From Neoechinorhynchus agilis (taxonomy: Eukaryota > Animalia > Acanthocephala), in contig CM121341.1 of assembly GCA_051530055.1 (NCBI GenBank), positions 14,052,784-14,116,783 on the forward strand: DNA of 64,000 nucleotides. The letters run 5' to 3'. Made by a program: the position numbers and the translations under genes. This document shows positions 1 through 10,962 of the stretch, in pieces (the stretch's first letter is position 1; the number at the start of each line of letters is the position of its first letter). A model generated the notes under the pieces. That model saw only the letters and a program-made list of their open reading frames with translations. It ran no database searches and was not told where the DNA came from.

Positions 1-1215
1 TCTCTTGGTTCACGCCACCCCGATCCCTTCCCTAATTTTACATCCAACGGATTAAAACAGGTTCTAGATTCCATTAATCAGAACCTCTGCCCGAACTCAG
101 TTTAAAATCAATGCTCCACATCTGACACCACACAATCTTTCACGCCCACACCCGAAACTTTTGTCAACTCGCCGATACTCCCCTTAGTTTCTTCATGCGA
201 AGTACTACAGTACCTCAATAAATTACCTCGAAATTCGTCCTATCAATCCGAAATCCCGAGCTGGGCTCTTCGCTACATCATCCCCGATCTCATCGACCCT
301 TTTACCCACATTATAAACCCCTGAAAAACTGCCAAAGTAATCCTTATTCCAAAAACGGACATCCTATTTCCGCCGAATCATTCCGTTTAATATCCATTCT
401 AACCGTTCTTTAAAAAAATCACCTAAAAATGTTCTAAATCTCGCCTTCTTTCACTTTTTAACGAAAAGTTATTGCCCCTACAATTTGGCTTCCACTCCTA
501 CGCGACCTCGACAATCACTCGTTTACCACACCACCTCTCCCTCTTCTTAACCTATAACGAAATCACACAAGTAAAGGATTTCTGCACCAATCACAAACTC
601 CATCTCAATTTCTCTAAATGCTTCGAAATGATCCCCTCTCTCCCGCAACCCCAAACCATCTCCCGAGCTTCTTAATGACATCCTAAGAGTTACCTCCCTA
701 AGAATTCTCTCGCCTAGGGTTATCCCGCCTTTTGCAATCTATCGAAATCTCAAATCCGTCGTCTTGAAATGTTTCATAAGTGAGCATCTAAAATTTGCAC
801 AGCTGACTTTCCCCCTCTCACCGAAAGTTTGATGCTATGTTCATAAAAGAATCCAAAGGTCCATCAACCCTACCACCACAATTTCTACCACATATCGCTC
901 CTTTTTCACACGAGTACAACTATCGTAATCCTAATTCGTTTCACCCTTCTATACCTCGCACCTCCCTATATCTACGCTCCTTTTTCCATGCTGCCCAATC
1001 TCCTCGGATATCATAACCTGAAATGAACCTGAGGAAAGACCAACCTTACAAGCGCTTCTGGAAACAATAACCACTAATTCCCACCAGAACGGACCTTCCA
1101 ACCCAACCGGATATTCTCAAACGAACGGACATATTCTCACCCGAACAAACATCCCCCGGCTGAATAGTTACCACCCGAACGGACTTCCCCCGACCGAATA
1201 TTCCCATCCTAACGG
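1..1215 (+). mobile_element. Decayed APE-type LINE (family A) RT/3' fragment with internal deletions and a short-repeat 3' tail
   Basis: Highly similar to 42480-43900 (+) and 16190-17940 (-), which encode RT motifs (QLDLSKAFDSVDH, GVPQ..LSPLLF, YADD). This copy lacks the block between 'gacctcgac' and 'aatcactc'. Confidence 0.8.
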
Positions 1216-1627
1216 ATACGCTTTTTTGAGCAACTCTGAACTCGAGTGCTTATGAGAACCCAAAGGTACATGAGTCCTATTCTGTATTTTTTTATCAATA
1301 AACGTGCTATTATTATCGGTGCTTAAAATTGCTCTAATAGTTAGATGATTTTTATTGAATAAACTGTTGTTCTTTGTCTCAGTATGGTCCTCGTGGCTAA
1401 AAAGCGCATCTATTATCGACACTTCTCCGATAGAATGCGCAGATGCTTAAGAAAGTAATTCACAAACGACTTTGTGCATATATCATTCCTACCGATCAAA
1501 ATTGGACATTTCTGCATTAAAAACAAGACAAGTACTTTACGCTTAGGTATTTTAGTCCTTACACATCAATGATGAAGACAGTCATTTAGTTTTGCTTTTT
1601 GCCAATCGTTCCAGTGCACCCCTTTCC

Positions 1628-4462
1628 TCAACAAAATCCTATATTTCGCTTCAAAGCTTGCCTAACGGCCATTGTTGCGTACGCTGACGTCGGTAAAGAG
1701 AATGAAATAACACAAGCAAGTTTCGGTTTGAAATCAACTAATTTAGTATCCTTTTGATTGTTAATTTGGTCCCAATCCGATTCGATGAGCGATTCATCTG
1801 CAGTTGAATATTCTTTGAAGCTCAAAGAATTGCAGCCGGTTCTTTCAATCAGTTTTCGATAGAACCCTGGGGAATCGTATTCCCTAGAAACAAATAAGTT
1901 TAAATACTTGATAAAATGCTTACTTATATTTAGATCGAAAGCTGTTATAAATATTTTCAAGTTTGTCTTCTTTACAAATCAACCGCTCGTATTCCGATTT
2001 GCCTGTTTTTTAAAGAGGATTGTGGAAGTTTATGTATTATGATGACCTACAATCATTCTCGGGATACATAACTTCATAACCTGGAAGTGGTAAATATACA
2101 TCGTGAATCGAGTATTTGCCTTCATCACCACTTTGCAAACACTTAAATTTCTGATCTAAATCATGAAATCAGATACCGATAAAATACATAGTTTAAAATT
2201 ACGAAAAACAAGCAGAATCAGAAAATAACGTTTCGTTGCACCATGTCGGTATGTGAACTATCGAAGTATATGATTAGAATTATTGTTTAGGTCTTCATCC
2301 GGTAAATAATTTTTTTTATTAAAAACGTTATTCTAGAACTTATGATGAACCAGACAAGGTTCGATTTTTTTAATAAAAAATTATTTACCGGGTAAAGTTC
2401 TTTGTACGTTTGAATTAATGACACGTCTTTGATTTTAGCTTGAAATATGCATTAGCAATTTGAGAATACAGCCTTCGATATCAGTTAGTGAATTAAAGAG
2501 GATCCTACTTACCTTTTTTAACAATATCGCCAACAGCGGCCTGCTTTGCATCCATCTTTGTAAGGCGGTAAGTGGCCAATTTATTCCAAATTTTTGACTG
2601 GTATGCGTGGACATACAGTGTTCTCATTTTAAAAGGAATCTATTTTTGTAATTTTTAGGCAACATCAATTTTATATTCACATACTTGGCTCAGTTGACCT
2701 AAAGTATCGCTAGATCCGCATTTTGCTATTCCATCTAATAGTTGGATTTGTGGAGACTTAATTTGAAAGCACTTAAGTCTTTGCTGAAGCTCTGATTGAT
2801 CAAAATGTTCGGAGCGGTAGTAGTCCACAAGACAGCGAACTCTATCGTCTCCTAAAATGCAAAAGTTCAGGGATAAAGAACATAAAATGTTACAGTCACA
2901 AAAAATCGAGAATTGATTCCAAGAATTCCCAAGCAGCTCTTTTTATTTAGTACATTTTAAAGTTGTCCAAATATAGATTTTCTGAGCTTAAGATTTTCGA
3001 GATTTTTTATAAATATGCATAAATGTTGGCTTGTGCCGAATGGGTCAAAGTGAACGATACAGAGAAGATTGATAATTTACGCCTTCTTTTACAAGTTGGT
3101 GAGAACCTATAAAATAATTTTTTGTAATATTTATGTTTTAAAGGAGAATAAAAATTTGTGCTCAAGAGGCTTACCTATTCCATCTTCATTCAACAACGCA
3201 TCGACCGCCCTTTCGAATTCTCCTTTGATTAAAAATCTGATAACGATTAAGTGATAAAAATAGTTTGTAAGATAAAAATAATAATACAATCCAACTTTAT
3301 CCGTTGAAATAGTACCGTGAATACCAAATCTCTGACTTCCAAAATAATTTATAAATCCATTCATAGAAAGATTACGGAATCTTCGCTCAAATAGCAATCG
3401 TTTCTCCGGACATTTTGGGAAATTCCTGCATAAAATTGTATATCCTTAACAAATACTTAAAACTTACCTCAGGGCAATCGTAAAGAAGTTGCCTAAACAT
3501 TCTTTGACCGGATGTTCTGTAAATCTAAACGTTACCCATCGCTAAAATCTTACGAATATACTTTTCAACAAGAAATACCTAAAATTTCCTAATTTGATAG
3601 AATGATTGCTACCATTTACGAGCACGAGTCTCGATGGCAAAACTTTGTGAAATGATATCAATTGACTTGTTTTCCCTCTCTTGTCTTTCAATCCACCAAA
3701 AGATGCGTGACTTCCCAATTTTCGGATTCTACAATAAATCATATGTATTTAAATTAACGGCGTACTTGTACAAACTTCAGAATCTTTCCTATTCGACTAA
3801 TAGCATCAAAAGTGTCGATATTTTCTTTATAGAGAACACAAGTACAATATTTTCCATTTGAAGATGACCAACGTTCGTTTGCTGTCATTTGACCTCTTGT
3901 AACTCTAATAACTTGCTCTTTTTGGCCTTCACTCTCAGAATTTGACTTTTTAGATTTGACAGCCAGCGTTGTATTTGAAACAAGGCCACAACCCGTGGAT
4001 TGCGCTACATGTTTAACCAACTGATGAATCTGCGTCCTTAAGGATTTGTCGAATCCGTCAACGATTATATCTAAGTATTGTTTTCTGTGGGGATTTGATA
4101 TGCAAAACTGTCCTATCCTCTCTCTCGTTTGACGAAGAAAATTTCGTTGCTTGTCCTAATGAAAACACTTTAAAGAAAGATAAAGAAATGCACTAACAGA
4201 TTCAGTGTTCAACTCTTCTTTATTTTCGATTTTCGGTATATTCAGATCGGTCAAGTGTACAATATTTCCGTCCATGTCAATCTCGTTCACAAGAAAATCT
4301 GAAAATCTTCGAGGATGGTGTTTTTAAGGATTTGCTAATCACATGAACATTTGAAAATTACCTTTCTTTTATTTTTACTTCAGTAAATATGTCTGCATTG
4401 CTGTAATCATCGTCCAGAAAAGTGGTGACTCCAAACTCTTCTGCTGAACGTTTTCTTTCCAT
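1628..4462 (-). CDS. PUS7: tRNA pseudouridine synthase 7 (TruD family), multi-exon
   Basis: Spliced translation MERKRSAEEFGVTTFL...KER|FSDFLVNEIDMDGNIVHLTDL, GLKDKRGKTSQ, GFINYFGSQRFG, C-terminal FSLPTSAYATMAVRQALK. GT-AG introns of 42-55 nt. Internal exon limits were only partly traced. Confidence 0.93.
2299..2391. repeat. Short inverted repeat (about 27-bp arms) in a PUS7 intron
   Basis: ccggtaaataat(t)nattaaaaa at 2299-2325 versus tttttaataaaaaattatttaccgg at 2366-2391. Confidence 0.75.
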
Positions 4463-5185
4463 TATATTGATCTAAAAAGGAAAATTTCAAAAATTAATTG
4501 ATTAGTAAATATATGCTGAGGGGTTCGCAATTAAAAATAGACAAGTTACCATAAAAAAATTTGGAGTTCCAGAAATCCCAGAAATCTCTCAAAAAATTAG
4601 TGCTATTTCCGTTCCACACAAGTTCTCACATTTTGATACTTTTTGTCCGATTATTGAAAATTTATGCTATGTGAGCATCTTTTCAAGATTTGCTAAATTT
4701 GTACTGTATTAGTTATTTTATGTATACATTTGAGAAAATAATATAAAAGGAAATCCGGTAACGAATGTTATGGAACAGCTTGGCAAAGAAATTTGAAACA
4801 TGATGATTAAAAATTCCACAAAATAAAAATTCAGATACTGTTGACATACAACAAAACAATTCCAAGCCTCATTTAACAAATAACGATTCTGCTTCACAAG
4901 AAGAACGTGTAAAAGAAGGCTGGAATCTGCAATTGTAATTTCAACCTCCGAATAGTCCAGACCTAAATAGTTTGGATCTTGGTTTTTTAATTCAATACAA
5001 GGACTGCAACATGAAATTGTAACTAAAATACTGATGGTTTAATCAGTAGAAACAGTTTTCCAACAATTGCATTGGAAATTATCAAACGGAAATAACTGCT
5101 ATTAGATTACTCGTATAAATAAAGAAAAACATCGAAAAGAAAGTCGACTTCTGGTAAATTAAAAATGTAATGTCGGAGATGTGGA

Positions 5186-5247
5186 TGATAACCCAGCCCT
5201 GAGGAAACTCGGTGCCGGCCCCAAGCCCGAATAAATGGGGAGGGTTG
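5186..5247 (+). ncRNA. Twister ribozyme motif (type P1 with P3) at the RTE 5' end
   Basis: TAA-CCCA-GC-[P3 with GAAA tetraloop]-TG-CCGG-CCCCAAGC-CCGA-ATAAA-TGGG-AGGG matches the twister core (compare GCCGGUCCCAAGCCCGGAUAAAA...GAGGG). P2, T1 and T2 pairings are intact; one P4 mismatch and a weak P1. Confidence 0.8.
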
Positions 5248-8117
5248 ATGTCAGGAATTGCATCCGACCGCAAAAAACCGTACACCAATAAAACCAAAAA
5301 TGAGCAGTCTAACAAACACACAAACAAGGATAAGGGCGTACTTTGTATGCGATGCGCAGAGAACTCGTCCGATCTCTGTGAATAAATTATCAAATGGACA
5401 AAGACCTTAACGCGAACAAAAACTGAGAATTGAATCTTTAAACGCCGGAACAATGAAGGGTAAATCGATGGAAATAGTGCATATGATGAAGAGAAGGAGG
5501 ATTGAATGTCTATGTTAAGGGGCTGAAATGGAAAGGAGCCGAACCACGCCATCTTGGAGACGGCTTCAAACTATTTTATAATGGTTCATCTTCTGATCGA
5601 AATGGAGTTGGAATTTTCTTGAGTGATAAGCATGCAGATGGATTCATAGAAGTCTATAGGAAAAGTGATAGGACAATGTGGATGCGGATAGACCTTGGAG
5701 GGCAATGCCGGGACTTTCGAAGCAGGACAAAGACCAGTTTTGGCTAGATCTATATGATGTGGTCGATGAAAACAAGGAAAAAAAATGTATAATATTTGGA
5801 GATCTCAACGGTCATGTAGGCGCGGAAAACTCGAGCTGGTGTCATGCACACGGTGGAAGAGTCTTTGGAATCCGAAATGCAGAGGGAAAAGCCATTTTTA
5901 ACTTTGCGTTGGCAAATAGACTTCGAAAAAGAAGAACGACAACTTGTGACTTATAGCAGCGGCGGGAGAAAAACGCAAATCGATTATATCCTCTATTCAC
6001 AAAGTGAAAAACGTAAAAACTATACCTGGAGAGACGTGCGCTTCGGAACACCGTTTACTGCGTATAAACCTGGAGATCAAGAACATTAAACGGCCCAAAT
6101 AAAGGATGCTTAGTAAAATCGAATGGTGGCGACTTGATCAAACTCTATATCGTCAGGAATTCACGAAGCAGGTTATTAGCATTCTAAATCACGACATTGA
6201 GGATACAAACAGATTGTTTATTAAATCAGCAGAGGAAATTTGTAAAATAGGCAGAGAAACCCTTGGAATAACCCCAGGTAGAAAAGGACCGAAACAAGAA
6301 ACATAGTGGTGAAACGACGAGGTTCAAAGGACGATAGCGGACAAAAAGAGCGCGAAAAAGAAAATGAATGCAGATCTTTATAGGGGGAATAAGGAAATAT
6401 ATAAGGCGAGAAAAAGAGCCAAGAAAACTGTGGCGATAGAGAAGCAGGAGGTAAATTCAATCTTCTATTCAAAACTGCAAGAAAACAAAACAATGTAATA
6501 TGTGTTCAAAGTGACAAATATCAAAGATCAGGGATCGAAGGACATTACCAGGGTAAAGCAAATTAAGGACAAGGAAGGGAACATTTTGAGAGAAAAAGAA
6601 GTTAAGAAAGGCGGAGAGAATACTTCGATCAACTGCTAAACAGTAAGAATGGAGCAGAAAGAGTGGAAGAGCAGGAACCTAACGAAGGATTAGTCAGCGC
6701 AATATCAGAGGTCGAAGTTAAAACAGCACTTTCCAAGATGAAAAACGGAATAGCTACGGGCCCAGACGAAATATCCATAGAAGTCTGGAAAGCGCTTGAA
6801 GTTGATGCTTTTCCACTATTAAGAAATCTCTTCCGACGAATACTTACTACTGAAAAGATGCCAGACGAATGGGGCAGAGCACACTGGTACCGATATACAA
6901 AAAGAGAGGAGATGCCAGAGTTTGTTCAAGCTATCGAGGAATCAAATTGTTGAGCCACACGATGAAGCTATACAAAAGGAACGCCTGCGAAGCAAAATGT
7001 CAATATCAGAGGAGCAGAGAGGATTTATGCCCGGCAGAAGTAGTACCGAAGCTGAATTCGCGTTACGTCATTTATATGAGAAATGCCTTGAAAAACGAAA
7101 GGAAATACACAGCGTGATCATCGATCTCGAAAAAGCCTATGACACTGTAACTAGAAAACTGGTAATGGAACTGTCTTAGAAGAAAACTCTGTCCCGAGAC
7201 TTATATCACAGCGATTCATAACATGTACAGGCAGAGCAAATGATAGCTTCTCGGTGAACGCAGGATTGCATCAAGGTTCAGCTTTGATCCCTTATTTGTT
7301 TGTAGTCACTATGGATGAAATTAGCAAAGTATCAGTAAAGGTCCGTCATGGAACATGCTTTTCGCCGACGACATCGTCCTCTCCAGCTATAATTCCCAGG
7401 ATCTCAACAATGACCTATAGAAATGGAGGGAAGCTCTAGAAAGTCAAGGTCTAAACATTTCCCCGGGGAGAAATCAGTCTACGTGGGAACGGAAAGCATT
7501 TTCCTTCAAGAGACACCGCTGCAGAAATTCGACAAATTCATGTACCTTGGCTCTCTATAGTGTCGATGCAAAACGATATCACCGCCGAGATTTCATCGAG
7601 AATAAATAGCGAATGGATGAAGTGAAAAAGCCTAACTGGGATCTTGCGTGATAGCAAAGTGCCTGTGGAGTTGAAAGGTAGAGCCTTCAAGATGGCAATC
7701 AGACCAGCCATGTTATATGGGGTGGAGATATTGAACACCACTGCCAATCACATCAAGCGAATGCAGGGGAACCGAAATGGACATGATTAGGTGGATGTGT
7801 GGGGTGACCAGGCAAGAAATGATCCCAAATAATGCGGTCTGGGGCTCAGCGAAGGTGGATGACGTGAAGGAAGCAATCGCGAAACGGAGGATCAAATGGA
7901 GCGATATGGTGAAAGGTGAAGAGCCGAATGGATTTATTCGAAAAGTTGAGCAAATGGAAATCGAAGGGAATGTGGAATGCCGAGAAAACAATGGAAAGAT
8001 TGTGTGGCTGAGGGCCGACGTTTGAAGGAAACGGGTTGTAGGAGCGTGTAAAGTCTTAGGATTGGAAGATTTTGTGCAACCCCGAGAAGGGAAAAATATG
8101 AAGAAAGTTGTTGTTGT
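5187..8117 (+). mobile_element. Full-length but decayed RTE-clade non-LTR retrotransposon (APE + RT)
   Basis: APE (GLKWKG...FKLFYNG...RNGVGIFL, GDLNGHVG, TQIDYIL) and RT (ATGPDEI, YRGIKLL, GFMPGRS, IDLEKAYD, GLHQGSAL) fragments in shifted frames. 16-bp TSD tgtcggagatgtggat at 5171-5186 and 8118-8133. (GTT)n tail. Confidence 0.92.
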
Positions 8118-8319
8118 TGTCGGAGATGTGGATTATAAAATTGGTTTAAAAAATATCGAATTGTGAAATGACTACTATAAAATCGATAAGGAACTTTTTC
8201 TGACTCGTTTTTTTGTTAGCATTTTTTACGTACCCAAGCTTGTTAGAAAGTCTAAACCCTTTTCAAGAAGACATTAATTATGAAACTCGGTCAAGAATAG
8301 TTATTGATTTATTGTTCTC

Positions 8320-8468
8320 AATATTTCGTCGGTCTCGTCGGACTTCTTCAGGTTGTTAAAGTATTGAGAAATAATAACGAAATTTCAATGCGAAAAAGCT
8401 ATAACTTTCTTTATCATTTCTCAATACATTAACAACCTGAAGGAGTCCGACAAGACGGACGAAATATT
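8320..8468. repeat. Fold-back element: two inverted Penelope-type pLTR fragments, each with a hammerhead-like core
   Basis: Arms 8320-8378 and 8411-8468. Each reads CTGAAG(A/G)A-GTCC...(G/C)GAC-GAAATATT. Confidence 0.75.
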
Positions 8469-8805
8469 AAAAATAAATTAATATCTATTTTTCTCATCAC
8501 AACGGAACGCATATATAAATGAGCACCTTCTTTACAATAACAATAATTCTGTTGCAATAAAAAAATCAGAGATCTACCAAAAAATTACGCTCAGGGCAAA
8601 ATTGTTTTTTTATGACTTAAAATTTAAAGCAATTTATTAGTTCCTATATTTCAGCACTGCCGAATTATCGGACCTAATAAATTACATCAAAAATTTCCGC
8701 CATATAAAAACATGAATAATTCAATTTTTAAACAAAAGCTTTTTTCCATAAATAATATTCACCTGAGGAATTCATTCTAAACCCAATATTACAGACTTAT
8801 ACGTT

Positions 8806-8975
8806 ATGATTGTTCGGCAGCTTCCCTGATGGCCGCGGCATTGCCGCGTTGGATCGCCGCGCTGATTCGCTACAGCAGGAAGCTCCTAGAGCGCATATCG
8901 CCGGTGGCGTGTTTTAGCATCTTTCCCAGTCGGGAGAGAAAATAATCGGCTTCTTTTCCAAGGCATCCCAGTGTT
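8806..8975 (-). mobile_element. CRE-like non-LTR element, 3' end (RLE C-terminus)
   Basis: Translates LGCLGKEADYFLSRLGKMLKHATGDMRSRSFLL*RISAAIQRGNAAAIRE, the same terminal motif as the other CRE-like copies. Confidence 0.7.
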
Positions 8976-9244
8976 TCCACCGTAAAATAAAAATTATCGA
9001 TATTTATGCATACTTTTCTTATTATTTCAAAAATGCGTAACCACAACGATACACCAAAAAAAATTTAACGTCCAATTGATGTTATTTTCACATTCTTTAA
9101 TTTGCTCACCGAAATTGAACCAATAAGCGATGCAACGTCTTACGGAAACAAGACGAAAGAATCCTTTCCCGCGATTTTTAGTGCTATATTCATTAGAGCG
9201 CCACGTTTTTCGTGCTGTTCAATCAATTTTGAGCTTCCAAGGCT

Positions 9245-9961
9245 ATGGGTCTCACGCTTTCAAGGCTCTGGAATCAATTTTTCGAGAATAAAAATGCTCG
9301 AATTTTAATGGGTATATTCATATTCTTACGTTGATTGCTTCACATTTCCGTTTTGAGTCGGACTTGACGGAGCGGGTAAAACGACGATTCTGTACAAACT
9401 GAAATTGGGCGAGATCATTTCTACGATTCCGACGTTAGGTTTGTTTTCTTTACTCTACCTAAATCCATTGTTCCATTTGTCCATTTAGGCTTTAATGTTG
9501 ATACAGTTGAGTACAAGAACATAAAATTCACCGTTTGGGACGTTGGAGGACAGGATCGGATTAGGCCATTGTGGCGGCATTATTACGACGGTGTTCAAGG
9601 TATTATTTACGTTGTTGATAGCATCGATCATGCCCGGATGGATTTGGCTAAAAAAGAACTCGATCATATGGTAAGCGATCGGTTCATCTCTTACTTTGTG
9701 TGTTCACTGAGAAGCTCGCTGAGGAAAAATTGTCCAATGCGATCGTTCTTGTGTTCTGTAACAAACAGGATTTACCCGGTGCTTTAACTCCTGGTGCCAT
9801 TGTGGATCAACTTGGTCTTAACATGAATTCTAGACAGAAGGTTAGTTTTGGATTTTTGATCTCACGTTCACAAATTCCGCTAGTGGCATGTTGTCGCGAC
9901 CGTCGCTACTACCGGACAAGGACTCTATGAAGGACTTGATTGGTTATCCCGTGAACTGTAA
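9245..9961 (+). CDS. ARF: ADP-ribosylation factor family small GTPase (divergent ARF), 5 exons
   Basis: Exons 9245-9311, 9358-9438, 9489-9670, about 9715-9840, 9884-9961 give MGLTLSRLW...[18 protein letters not shown]...[17 protein letters not shown]...NKQDLP...[13 protein letters not shown]. Confidence 0.95.
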
Positions 9962-10962
9962 TGGATTCAGAGAAAGCGCGGATCAGAATTTGTTTTAAAC
10001 AACATTAAACCGGAACGGTTGTCGTGGGCTTTAGTTTATCTAAATTAAGTTTGCCCACTATTTGCGGCGTGGAAAGGTATTAACGATAATCAATTAATTC
10101 CGATTGAATGAATTATTTTAAAGGACAGTGGTGAATCTTCTATAAAAATTTCTTTTATGAAGAATTACAAAGAAAAATAATTGCTCGATATCCGATGCCT
10201 GTCATTAAAGATGTTAAATTTAATTTTTGCAGCCCTTTGAGTACTCATTTTGCAAACTCATGGACAGTACATCAAAGCTTTGATTTGCGGACTCATCACG
10301 TATCGTAAAAAATCATTCATCGGCACTATTAGCATTCAATAAGTTCGGTAATAAACATTATCACGGCTGGTAGCTTTGTGTTTCTTAAATGTTATTCGGT
10401 GTGGCATCCATTATCCGAACGTCAATTACCGGATCAGAATGTTGTCGAGAAAAATAAGTGATTATTTTCAACTATAAATCCCCAATTTCGCTCTTTTTAA
10501 ACCACTTCCCCGCATGTTAAGAACCCATCTCATTGAGTTTTCGGTTATCCCAAAAATCTCGTATCCGAACGGTATCAAGAACCAATTAATTCGGATAAAC
10601 GACGTTCTACTGTTATATTTTTTGACGCCAATGCTGAAACGTTTGAGCACTCTGTATATTATGGCCCATTTTCTACATTAAGAGAATTTTTAATCCGTCT
10701 GCCTGGTTTAATTCTATCCGGTAAATATTAAAAGGATAGAAAATCGGACTCAAATACCTTGCAGTATAAATCTAAAAATGCATTGAGAAGATCCATTTGG
10801 ATGAGCTTTCAAACTCACATTTTGCACGTTGAATTGTGAAATCAAATATTAAAAAGTTCCCTAATCAAGGTATTAAAATAAACGACATTTATGACCTCTA
10901 ATTAAAGTTTCTCATATTTGACAACCGTTGTATTTAGGAAAGTGCAATAAAATCAATTATCT

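Noticed and set aside
10200-10900. Stop-codon reassignment suggested by long stop-interrupted frames (also 15300-15600 and the TAA at 25279)
   Set aside because: Stop density is about what AT-rich non-coding DNA gives, and the host genes terminate at standard stops where homologues end.
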